The notes below the pieces were generated by a model. That model had not been told where the DNA came from, searched no databases, and saw only the letters and a list, made by a program, of their open reading frames with translations. A stretch of DNA of 64,000 bases, taken from NCBI GenBank assembly GCA_964016885.1, contig OZ024740.1:96596001-96660000 (forward strand), given 5' to 3'. Numbering within the stretch: position 1 is the first letter of the stretch; the number at the start of each line of letters is the position of its first letter. Below, piece by piece: positions 1-10,966 of this stretch. The DNA is from Eledone cirrhosa. Taxonomy: Eukaryota. Position numbers and translations under genes: made by a program.

Positions 1-22
1 AATAAACAACATAAGGCAATTA

Positions 23-82
23 TTCCATTTACCAGTGGTCTCTAAAAAGCAAAAAATGTTGCTTTCAATCATCAGAATGAAA
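23..82 (-). ncRNA. Hammerhead ribozyme, mirror copy, probably inactive
   Basis: Same fold on the - strand, but the conserved GAAA reads GAGA. Confidence 0.65.
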
Positions 83-175
83 AAATCCTGGTCTGTTTAT
101 TGATATTGATATTGGATTTTTAAAATAAAAGATTTCTGTTTCTAAAATCCAATATCAATAAACAGACCAGGACTT

Positions 176-235
176 TTTCATTCTGATGATTGAAAGCAAC
201 ATTCTTTGCTTTTAAGAAACCACTGGTAAATGGAA
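176..235 (+). ncRNA. Type I hammerhead ribozyme
   Basis: Stem I TTTCATT(176-182)/AATGGAA(229-235); core CTGATGA 183-189; stem II TTGAAAGCAA/TTGCTTTTAA; GAAA 216-219; stem III ACC-act-GGT; GUA triplet, predicted cut after 228. Confidence 0.85.
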
Positions 236-264
236 TAATTGCCTTATGTTTTTTATTACATAAC

Positions 265-349
<85 letters not shown>

Positions 350-453
350 GCATGTATGCGCATGTTTGCATTTTTCCGTGGGTATTTGTGCGTTTGTTCG
401 TGTGTGTGTGTGTCTCTGTGTGAGTGGTTTATGTGTGTATGTATGTGTGTGGG

Positions 454-540
<87 letters not shown>
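265..540. repeat. Compound (TA)n/(TG)n microsatellite
   Basis: Read directly; explains the YIYI/CVCV ORFs. Confidence 0.98.
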
Positions 541-1009
541 ATAATATCGAACTGAGAGGGAACTATGGGATTCAAAGTATGTGTAGGTGAGAGACACTGA
601 CATTAACTGCATAAAGTGTGGTTATATCCAAATGTTGTTCCATATAGCTATCTAATTCAGTTAGAAATTATTTTCTGATACTCATTAGATATATTAGGTA
701 AACACAGATAAGAAGATCCGCTTCTCGGTGCAACGATTGGCGACTTTTCTTCCATTATTAGACTTTCTATGCTATAATTTATAGCGATCGAATGTTTATC
801 CATTTAGTTCTGGCGTCTCTGTTTCGAACATGGTATATAATAGTATCCCATGATTAATATCGTTCTGTATGATTGTTTCAATGTATCAACATATCAAATA
901 TTTACGACTAATATATTATGATAAAGAGATACGATATAAACATTAAGCTGATTCTTAGCATTTCACACACAACACATTTTATAATCTTGTCAGGGCAGCT
1001 TATGTATGC

Positions 1010-1069
<60 letters not shown>

Positions 1070-1091
1070 TAATATTATTATTATTAATATT

Positions 1092-1385
1092 TTGTTGGAG
1101 TCACAGTCATTGATGTTATTTAACTGGAAAATGTGTTCAAATTAACAAACTTCAGACATATAGGACGTTTCGAAGGTCCTTGCTGTTGCCAGCAAGTATG
1201 CCTTTTGGAGTGTTCCAAAAGTGGGGCTGGATTAATGTTCTTTAACAATCCTTTAAAAAATTGAGATTGTACCTAGCACTCCCATGACATTCGGGACGAC
1301 CTTGATCGCATGAGAGTCCCAAACCGTTTAAATTCCCACTTTAAATCCTGGTGTTGATTAGTGTTCTCCTTGTCCTTTTCTTTGT
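1092..1385 (-). mobile_element. Diverged 3' fragment of an R4/Dong-clade LINE (D2-related)
   Basis: gagtcacagtcattgatgttatttaactggaaa...ccagcaagtatgccttttggagtgttccaaaa resembles the D2 3' end at 33041-33330. Confidence 0.75.
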
Positions 1386-3067
1386 TTTTATTATAATAAT
1401 TATTATTTTCTTTCCTATTTTTTAAGGACATATTGATATTGGCTCTAGAGTCTTTGATGTTTGTAAGTTGTTCTCAATTGCTAGTTGTGTAAAATATTAT
1501 ATGTTACCTATTGATTCGTTCACATATACGTTCATCGCTCTTTCAGAAGGACATTGCATAATACTTGGGTCGAAGGCCTAAATATTTGAACCTTCTACTA
1601 AAACTAATTATTTTGTCAAAAATTATGGACGGAATATGCACCCCAACGTTTCATCTGTTGTCACGAGGCAGCGGTTCAAAAGCTGGCACTACTCTGACCA
1701 CCATTATGAACGGTGCGACTATTACCAACACTAACAACAACATTAACCAAAATATCTCCCATGTAGCAACTGCTAACAAAATAGATTTTCAACCTTTGCT
1801 AACATTTACATATGTCAACGCCGACAAGAACAACAAGGCAAATGGCAACCACAATAAATTGAACAACAATAGGATCAACAGCGTCGTATGACCTAACGTC
1901 TATTTTACAAGAGCTGGAAATAAAAAGGAAGTGATCACGGTCACCCATGAGGAAATGGTTGAAGCCAGAAAAACGGTAAAACTATATGGACACAGGATGG
2001 GCCTCACTCCTCCATCAAGCATCATGGAACTCTGACGGCTATGTATGGTATCATAAAGTTCAATTAGCGTAAAGACACGTTGGTTAGAATGGGCCTCGGA
2101 GACCCAGGTACAAAATGTTTTTGGAGCCATGTCAATCATAGGAGAAGATATAGAACGGAGCCCACATCAATCATAGGAGAATATATAGAACGGTGGACAA
2201 TTTTGGCCACCACACAGGAAGACAAAGAACGCACCATAACATCACAAAGGACAGATGAAATCTTCCTTGTTCCAAGCTACAGCGGCCAACGTCTCGTAAG
2301 TGTTCAAGACACGTAAGATCCAACCGCTATAGCCATTCTTCAGCTGATTGTTGCTGCCCTCATCGATGTTGAAGATGACACTAGAATTCTAGAAATAATC
2401 AAAATCAAACATGAAACAATGTTCGGATCTGGATTGGAGCTCCTGTTCCAAATCCACCGGAAAATTGTCTGACAAATCCCAGATATCATAGATCCTGCAG
2501 CGGGAAACTATCTCACCCTGACAGTCGATGTTGCAAAACCAAGGTGTCATAGATTAGGGGATAAATCCCATGAAAAGGCCTTCTGCTCTCGGCAATTGAC
2601 GCAAAACGTAAGGCCACATCTTCTGCCTTCGCCACTTCACTTACTGGATCGACCAACAACAACAGAAACGGCAAGAGCACCACAAAAAGAAGCCATCACA
2701 CCAGAAGCAACTCGGGAACCACCACCATCCACCACTCATCAAGCAACACATATACCTATGGAGGATATGTCATTCCCCGACCTCGTACAACTAGAGAATG
2801 GATTGTGATGAAGAGGAGGTTTGGAAAAAAAGAACTCCCTCCCTTTACCCTAAAAAGTCCGAAACAAAGACATATACAAAAAAGGTTAAGACATCAACGC
2901 CACCACTACCACACGCACCAGAGCACTATTAACCGCCCCATCAGCAACCCCTACACCAACACCACCATCACCACAATATACACCAAAAAACAAGCCAAGC
3001 AGGAACAAACCCACATGCACAATCACAATAAAACGATTAATCTACAACGCACTATACACGGCTTTAT

Positions 3068-5810
3068 TAGAGTGTGCCATAAAAATCAAGGTCACAATAC
3101 TAACGCTCCCTGTGTATTTTCCCATTATAAATGCCCCAATTGATAACATTAAACATATTTAGTATAAAATAAATTATTTTGAATCTTGCCTATAATGATA
3201 GTGGAAAGTGAGATTATGTTGCAGGAAATCATGAAAATGTGAAACCAATTATGACTATACAATAATTGTTTATTTTATTAATCCATTATATTTACTAAAC
3301 CAGCTTTGAATATAAAGGCGTACAAGGAAGAAACAAGATCAGTTAAGTTAACTCCAGTCATATTTTTTCCAGAGTTTCTTTTTTGAAATCCGAGACCTTG
3401 CGATGATGAGCTTCGACTACTTGAAGAACACATTGCTTCTCCTCCTCATTCTTGAGGATGGCAACAAAATCAGTTATCAACTTGACTGCTCTCTACACCA
3501 GATCGTTGACTGCCTTGATATTGAGAACAACAGCACAGGCAATTTGATATGACGCTTGTGAAGACGAATTTACAGGTGACAGCTGAAGCCAAATTATCAA
3601 CGAGACCAAGGAGATCGAACAGAAACCTTGATTTATTCCCAACTAGATGAGGCAGCTTCGTGGACGACTTCAACTCGGGAAATACTGGAGCACCACGGTC
3701 GAAAGGCCCATACGTTTTCGTTTTTACAAGATGTTGGGCTATTTGTTTCTTCTCGGACACTTGGACCCGATTTGAAAAAAGTGCTAGCGGAATGGCTTCC
3801 TCCGTCAGGTACCAAAGATGCCTGCTCAGAGCCGTAGTGGCTGCCTGCGAGAGATCTATGTCAACCTTACTGTACTGTGTCAACTCCACGTAGAATTGTT
3901 AGCCAGTATCGCACCTAGAACAGCGCATTGAACATACAGATCCGGCGCAACTTTTCCATTTTAGTTTGAACGTAATTGAGTCGCTCACCAATTTCATACA
4001 TCTTTGCACAATAGATGTTTGTGGACATCCACCGAGCGTTATGATGTGCACCAGGCAGCATCCATTGAATTCCACGAGGAGGCGTGACACCAAGCATGAT
4101 CAACATCAACTCGGCACATTCTCGGTAGTCGTCCCGTGGAAGAGAACTAATTTTCCCATCGTCAGATGTCAGCAAATCTTGGAGGAACCTGATGTTCACA
4201 GAACACAAACTCTTGAGTCTCCGGTCGACAATTTTCAATGCTTTCAAGTCGGTCTTGTCCGTGAGTGACACCCAATCGTTTTTGAACTCCTTGATATCTG
4301 GGGTGCCTGGTCTGGACATTGCTCCGAATAGTTGTTGCCACACTGCACACAAGATACGCTCCATGACATGGTGCCGACAAGCAATATAAAACACATTTTT
4401 GTTGAGCATCTCTTCTAGTTTCACGCAGAAACCATTTTTCTATCCAGAATTCAAGGCAGTTGTGTCGAAGACCAATCCCACGACAGACCCATCAACATTC
4501 CAATCTTTAACAAGATCAAATGATGCTTTGGCTTGGGTGGTTCCAGTGCCATCAGGAATTATGAGAACACCGAGATGTTTACCTTTTCTGAAATCCGGAA
4601 TTCCAGCAACTAGCACACATAGCCTCTCGTGGTCACCAGGAATTATTTTGCCATCCCAATGCAAGGTAACACAGTCTGGTACAGCCACTTCCTCCTTTAT
4701 GGGTTCAGCCCCCAAAATTCTGATCTTCTTAGGTGCACGTCTGCTACTATTCTTGGAGAGAGTTTTGGCGTCTATATCAGTCCCACCCTAGAAATAATCG
4801 ATGCCATAAATGGTGTTCTCTGGCCCAGTGTCAGGTTTAAACCATCAGCAGTTAGAGAAATTGTTGGACTTTGAAATGGATTCTTTGGGAGTTCCAGCTG
4901 GATTTTTCGTTTCTTGTCTGACATGGAGCTGTCTCTGGGTGGGTTTGAGGTCTGAAATTCAGGATCCTGTTCATCTTCATTGTCATCATTGGTTCAACTT
5001 GAGTCACTCAGTTCATTACGTGGAAGTTGTGCTGCTACAGATCCTGACAAACGCTTTCTATGGTTACCTAGCTCTCGACGAGCCACAGAAACATGATCAT
5101 GCTTAAACTTTGAAGATACCTTTTTCTGGTAACCCTTGTTTTCAGCACCCAGAGATACTTTTTTTTGGCATCGCAGGGCTTCGAGAAATGTAGCGTCTTC
5201 CATTTTCTGTTCATTATTACGGAGACGGTATTTCAACATTTTATTTTCTGCATCAGCTTATGCAATGTAGAAATACGAATCGAATTCAGAAATAAATAGT
5301 GCTTCCTTTTCTTTGTTTGACTTAGAAACTTTGTTGTTTTTGTAAATTTCTGTATTCACTGTACATGTTCATAATTTTCAGTTTCACTCTGTCTTTTCGT
5401 TGAGTCGCCACACCAGCTTTTCCCCACTGACTAAATACTTCCATCACAAGCCTATCCGCAATAGCACCATTGAAGCCCACATGCTTTTCGTGTTTTATAG
5501 GACCATCTTTTAGGTAGAAGAAATATCTTAGAAAATCCCCCTTTCATGGTATTTTGTTTCGTGAAAAGGATGTAACATATTGCCCCAGGTGCCATATTTC
5601 TCGATCATCACAACGGAACGAGTAGCTGAAACTAGGCCACTGGTTTCCGCCATTATTCTGCCAATTTGCAACATTAGGCAAAACTTAAATTAGTCTGAAA
5701 TAATCAAAATTACATTATACATTTATAAAATACAAAATGGCATGAGAAAATGCATAGGGAATTAAGAAAACACCAGTTTTGTGTAAAATGTGTAATTCTG
5801 GAACACCCTA
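3068..5810 (-). mobile_element. hAT-superfamily DNA transposon (hATm-like), complete ends
   Basis: TIRs TAGAGTGTGCCA (3068) / TGGAACACCCTA (5799-5810). Perfect 8-bp TSD GGCTTTAT at 3060-3067 and 5811-5818. Confidence 0.9.
3370..5640 (-). pseudogene. Fragmented hAT-type transposase
   Basis: Motifs TLHWDGK, GLVFDTTALNSG, ACRHHVME (C2H), PGAHHNARWM and RHLWYLTEE are spread over ORFs 4440-4715, 3915-4424 and 3470-3889, with stops and frameshifts. Ends approximate. Confidence 0.85.
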
Positions 5811-5939
5811 GGCTTTATACATGAAGAACAAACAATGACTGCACTATATTCAGCATAATACAAGCATCACAGGGATAAAAACTACATAACACCACACAGA
5901 TTACCAATTGTTCTATTTCTTTTTTAATTTATCATTCTA

Positions 5940-5978
5940 TTTCCTGATGAAGGACTAGCATCCGAAACCTTAAGATTC
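5940..5978 (+). ncRNA. Degenerate minimal hammerhead motif (Penelope-type)
   Basis: CTGATGA-A-GGA-ctagca-TCC-GAAAC-cttaag. Core and stem II are intact; stems I and III are not convincingly paired. Confidence 0.45.
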
Positions 5979-6049
5979 TTTATCAAGCGGCAAAGTAATA
6001 TGTTTCTTGCTTGAACTGTGCCATTTACTTTATAATTTCTGTTGCATTT

Positions 6050-6142
6050 TGCATATATAGGTATTTATACACACACACACATATATATATATATATATTT
6101 ATATGTGTGTGTGCGTGTGTGTGTCTGTGTGTGTGTGTGTTT
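6050..6142. repeat. (TA)n/(CA)n/(TG)n microsatellite
   Basis: Read directly. Confidence 0.9.
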
Positions 6143-6709
6143 GTATAAAGAATGCGTGCATTGTGATTATATATATCTATACATCTTTTTTTATGTTCAC
6201 ACGCTAATATTATATACCACGCATATTATACACACAAATACAGACACAGAAACAGAGTATATATGTGGCATACATATATTTGTGAATTACCTTATTGATT
6301 GAGTAATACAAATTATACAATTATGTAAAAAAAAAACTTAATAAATATAAATATAAATATAAGAACATAAATTATTACTTTAATGAACATAAATTAGGCT
6401 TCAAACGAAGACCATCAAATAGAAAAAGTGAAAACATAAATCTAACATTCATAAGACAGACATTGTTAAATAAATAGAGTTGTAAATGACATTGTTAAAC
6501 TAACATGTTAGGATCATTTATATATAAACAGTATCCTTTCAGTTGATGCAGATTAACAACTAACTCTTCATATGTTTAAACGTAAGTGTGGAAATGCCTA
6601 TGGTATATATGCATGTGTGTAATACTAGATTTCACACATAAAATGTTATCATTGCAATGGGGAGATTTCATAATCCTATACCTTACCTTTTCCCAAATTT
6701 TCTTTATAA

Positions 6710-6719
6710 TCTCTCTCTC

Positions 6720-6750
<31 letters not shown>
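6710..6750. repeat. (TC)n microsatellite
   Basis: Read directly. Confidence 0.95.
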
Positions 6751-6755
<5 letters not shown>

Positions 6756-6759
6756 ACAG

Positions 6760-7600
6760 TCATGGCCTGCATTTGTTTTTCTGCTGATTTGGGGATTACC
6801 GTGTAGCTTCAGCGCACAGATTCCTGCATATTCAAGCACCAGATGTGGTGTGTAGTAATAAAACATATGGGGTCCGGGCGGAATATTTCGTGTTCCTACA
6901 AAACATCGTTTATAATACTGAAAAAACACATTGTGTGCGCTCTGATATACAGACTTGTATTGAATAAATGCAGGTTCTGTAAACTCATGGAACGAGTGGA
7001 AATTCAGTGACCTAAGATAAATTTAATTTGTCTGATTCGATACATTCATGTTTAATTCTCCTTAAGTAGCTGATTTGTCTGTGATCGTAAGTTGAATGTT
7101 ATATATTTTCTTATATTAATTCAATTTCTATGTATTATGCATTTCTGATTGTTTTTACATTAACTGAGTTGAGATCTACTAGCGCGATCTTCAAATTGTT
7201 TAAATATAACCACCATTGTGTGATTAATTCTATTGACCTCCTCGTTAGGAGGTTAAGTGATGCAGGGGTTGTCTTGGACTGCTTACTCGTCAAGTTCAAA
7301 CCTATTCTATATTAAGATCTAACCTCCCTTGAAAATTTGCTCCACCTGTCCTGGTTGCGTTTGTTTTTTTCCCGGTGACTTGGGGAATAACACTTAGATT
7401 CCGCGCATTGAGTCCTGCATATGCACACTCCAGGTATGGAGTGTAGTAATGAAACAACATAGCTCGGAGCAAAAATTATTGTGTTCCCACACATCATCGT
7501 TTTTACAACCAGCCAACACTTTGTGTGCACTCTGATATACAATAAAGACAGATTCCACAAATTCATGGAGCGATTGGAGATTCTTAGAGCTAAGACCTTC
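6760..7600. repeat. Old diverged direct duplication (~6760-7020 vs ~7345-7600)
   Basis: gtgtagtaataaaaca...gtgttcc...catcgttt...ttgtgtgcgctctgatataca recurs about 590 bp downstream with substitutions. Confidence 0.7.
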
Positions 7601-8149
7601 AATTTCTCTGGTTCCCTGTAGCTTATTCATGGTTCAGTAACGAATTATTAAAAATCACATATGCTGGAAATCCTAAAACTCTTATGTGAGCCATGAACAT
7701 TGCTTACAACATTCCTAGCGAGAGTTATATATATGTTTATTATATATAATCATATCGTCTATTATTCCATATACACGTCTATATTAAATAACACTGACAG
7801 CACTACGGCTAATAAATCCTGAATAGAAACTATTGTTTATTCATGTGTTTACCTTGAATATGCAAACGACCCCGATGCTGGATACAACTTCTGAAAACAT
7901 AGTATATGACCTTCTCACACTATTATAAAGATGGTTTTGATATGGTCACAAACGACCCCTGATAACCACACTGTCATCCCACATCACCGACATCAACCAC
8001 GCCCTCTGCATGTTTGGATCTTTCATATTCTAATCTGGCCAATTACACCGTCTCTTCATCCTCGATCGTAGGTCCCTATATACAGTCATCGCCCATCCCG
8101 AATGATTTTGGCTCTCCAACGTTTTCTCCACCTTCGCTCATCGTCTCAA

Positions 8150-8950
8150 CCCACAACATGTACCCTATCCACCTTGCTGAGCAGCTTCTTACTTTCAACT
8201 GTTTCTCTTTCTCGGGAGAGATATACCTCGAGAAGATGGATATGTCCATGGACACCAGAATGGGCAGCAGCTACCCAAACGTATTCGTCGGTGGTGTTAA
8301 GGCACATAAACTTTTCCCAATAAACCAATAAATCAGCCCCTTCCCTGGGCTATACAGACGTTATATTGACGACTGCATCGATACCACCTAACTCACTCGA
8401 GTACATCTCAAATCTTTTCTCTCGCTCTGTTGTTTCTTCCATTCCACTCTTTGCTTCACCAACTCCATCTCCACAACTTCCCTACACTTCCTGAATATCT
8501 CTGTTTCTCTCGACCACTCCAATCTCACCAGTTTCACATTTGCCTTTTTAAACCTACCGACTCCCACAATTACCTCGGCTTCATCTCATTCCATCGCACA
8601 CACCACAAACATTCAATTTTCTACTCCCAGTTCTCCATCCCCGCCAACTTTGCAGTAGAACCCATGACATTAAGACTCAGGCACATTACACGACTAGACT
8701 TTAATCCCGGCGAGAATATTCGCTACCATGATATAGTTCGCCATCATCCCTGCCAGTGGAGCCGAACGCACATATGCCCATACACCACGCCATCACAACA
8801 CACCTACAGGTTACTTTTTAAGTTTACACTTTTAGCTAGTCACTCCAAAGCGCAATCCTCCGCCAGTCCCGTTGCCTGTCCCATCTTACCACCACCACCT
8901 TTCCTATATTTTAAACGGGCAGACAATATTAAGAAACTGCTCGGTGGTAG
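8150..8950 (+). pseudogene. Penelope-like element reverse transcriptase remnant
   Basis: FSFSGEIYL..MSMDTRMGSSYPNVFVG (decayed Q..G.AMG motif), LYRRYIDDC at ~8350-8376, FKPTDSHNYL...H..HHKHSIFYSQF, then LYFKRADNIKKLL. The order and motifs are typical of Penelope/GIY-YIG PLE ORFs. Confidence 0.85.
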
Positions 8951-9580
8951 TTCCTTCACACATTCCAATTCCTTTCGTGGATCCATATTCGTTTCCAACT
9001 CCGCTGCCATATTTGCAACCTCATTAACCACACCACCACCACACCCATCGGACCTAACGAAGGGCTTTATTCATGTTTGGGACTCCTTTTATACACAAAC
9101 CCACACTGAAATACTCACAAACACTTCCTTACCACCTACAAGAAAATACTCTACGATACAATACTTATTAATAAATGAATACGTAGAAACACACAATTGA
9201 CACGCACACACACACACATATACAAATGCACACATACAAACACAAGCACACACACATATAGCATATAGACACGTTTCACGTTTTTGCCTTTATGAATGTA
9301 ACTGACTTTCTCTGATTTTCGGTCTTTAAAATATATATTCTGGCGATGGGCGGTGTGTGTTGAAATCTATTTTCTCGACCTTTCATCTAAGCGTGAACCT
9401 AATAACATTAATCGTTTTTTATAATATATATATTTCTATATCTATATGTATGTGTCTGTGTGTTTGTGTGTTTTTGTGTGTGTGTGTGCCTGTGTGTCTT
9501 TCTGTTTCTATATGCTATTTGTATTTCGTGAATATATACAAAGGTCTCAAGACGAGTTATAATATATACAATTAATTTAC

Positions 9581-9836
9581 AATACAAAGAATACCAAGAA
9601 CTCATAATTAATTTGCCGAACATTTCAATGACTATATTTAGCCATCTCATCGGATCTTGATTAAGACGAAAATGATTGCTTCCGGATCATTTTCAACAAA
9701 TAGATTTCAACACACACCGCCCATCGAAGAAGAAAATGATCCGGTAGCAACCATTTTCGTCATAATCAAAATCCAATGATATGGCTGAATATTGCCATTG
9801 TAACGCGCGTCCTATTAATTATAAGTTATTTGTATT
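9581..9836. repeat. Diverged fold-back repeat with a decayed hammerhead in each arm
   Basis: 9581-9694 is the reverse complement of 9732-9836. The + arm reads CCAATGA-TATGGC-loop-GCCATT-GTAAC-GCGC-GTC; the - arm reads CCGATGA-GATGGC-loop-GTCATT-GAAAT. Confidence 0.7.
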
Positions 9837-10131
9837 ATATGTAGAGTAGACTGATTATATACATGCATACACACACACACACATATATATGTATATATAT
9901 ATATATAAATATATACGTGTGTGTGTGTGTGTGTGTAGTTGTGTGTATGTATGTATGTATGTATGCATGTATATATATATATATATATATAGGATCTAGC
10001 TGATGAAACGGCCGGAGCCCAGCCGTCGGGGTCCTGACTATTTTGCTATTACCCACTCTACTACCCTAAGTATCATGTACTCCAGTGTGCTATAGTCCAC
10101 CTGGCTTCTTACCGCACTTTCTTTGAATCTT

Positions 10132-10168
<37 letters not shown>

Positions 10169-10409
10169 AATGTATATATAGTGTATTTTGCAATACACTG
10201 TATGCTTAATTAAAAGCATTTCGAAGACCTTATGTATTGTTTTAGAGTAGTGACAGTCTCACTTACTTTAAATTTTCAGCAAACATTCATATATATATCG
10301 CTATTTCAGAGCGCCAATTCTAATTTTCAATTTCTGCTTGACCGGCAACTGCTCTGTATAATCAGTTCCTCATTATTACTAGAAATTATATAAGCATCAA
10401 ACATTCATG

Positions 10410-10504
10410 ATTTTCAGCAAACCGGTGGAGTACTTGGATTTGATAAGTACCAATCAGTACGAAACATAGCTCTGTCAGCTTTATCTCCCCTGTTTGCTGA
10501 AAAT
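10410..10504 (+). ncRNA. Extended type I hammerhead ribozyme, U3-A8 core (monomer 1)
   Basis: Core TTGATAA 10440-10446; stem II GTAC-caatca-GTAC; GAAA 10461-10464; stem III ACA-tagctc-TGT; GUC, cut after 10476. Distal stem I ATTTTCAGCAAAC/GTTTGCTGAAAAT and GGAG/CTCC. One mismatch in proximal stem I. Confidence 0.8.
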
Positions 10505-10730
10505 TTAAAGTAAGTGAGACTGTCACTACTCTAAAGCAATAGCATAAGGTCTTCGAAATGCCTTTAATTAAGCATACAGTGTATTGCAAAATACACTATA
10601 TATACATTCATATATATATAGCTATTTCAGCGCGACAATTCTAATTTTCAATTTCAGCTTGACCGGCAACCGCTCTGTATAATCAGTTCCTGATTATTAC
10701 TAGAAATTCTATAAGCATCAAACATTCATA

Positions 10731-10825
10731 ATTTTCAGCAAACTGGTGGAGTACTTGGCTTTGATAAGTACCAAACACTATGAAACATAGCTCTGTCAGC
10801 TTTATCTCCCCTCTTTGCTGAAAAT
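10731..10825 (+). ncRNA. Extended type I hammerhead ribozyme, U3-A8 core (monomer 2)
   Basis: GGCT-TTGATAA(10761-10767)-GTAC-caaaca-CTAT-GAAAC-atagctct-GTC-AGCT, cut after 10797. Stem I is intact; stem II is weakened. Confidence 0.7.
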
Positions 10826-10966
10826 TTAAAGTAAGTGACACTGTCACTACTCTAAAACAATAGCATAAGGTCTTCGAAATGCCTTTAATTAAGCATACAG
10901 TGTATTGCAAAATACACTATATATACATTCTTATATATATAGCTATTTCAGAGCGCCAATTATAAT

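Larger units (their letters stand above)
1..258. repeat. Fold-back palindrome (~120-bp arms) with a hammerhead motif in each arm; Penelope pseudo-LTR-like
   Basis: 1-123 is the near reverse complement of ~141-258 (e.g. ataaggcaattattccatttaccagtgg vs ccactggtaaatggaataattgccttat). A (TA)n tract follows. The left arm may extend beyond the window edge. Confidence 0.92.
1560..5910 (+). mobile_element. Old degenerate Tx1-like ORF1 (family B-like), interrupted by the hAT element
   Basis: FLVPSYSGQRLVSV (~2260-2305) matches LVPSYCGQRLVKI of B ORF1. MEDMSFPDLVQLE matches VEDFPLPGLSQLE. Sequence resumes after 5818 with the LHYIQHNTSIT equivalent. Start boundary approximate. Confidence 0.75.
10165..10965 (+). 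mobile_element. 321-bp tandem repeat (2 full monomers plus a stub) preceded by an inverted partial monomer; retrozyme/pseudo-LTR-like
   Basis: gctatttcag recurs at 10300, 10621 and 10942 (period 321). 10165-10284 is the reverse complement of ~10492-10611. (TA)n abuts on the left. Confidence 0.9.

Noticed and set aside
190-612. ORFs with YIYI/CVCV/HTHT runs (also at ~6.0, 9.4-10.0, 12.0 and 24.7 kb)
   Set aside because: Translations of dinucleotide microsatellites.
9997-10040. TAG-CTGATGA-aACGGC-loop-GCCGT-CGGGG...CTA, a hammerhead-like half
   Set aside because: GAAA is replaced by GGGG and there is no NUH triplet. It may be a relic but cannot be supported as a ribozyme.
10492-10530. CTGAAAA...GAGAC-T-GTC as a second hammerhead per 321-bp monomer
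   Set aside because: Two core mismatches and no stem I. The segment is better explained as the 3' strand of the extended stem I of the main motif.
10285-10965. Regularly spaced repeats as a CRISPR array
   Set aside because: The whole 321-bp unit repeats, there are no unique spacers or cas genes, and the context is eukaryotic.
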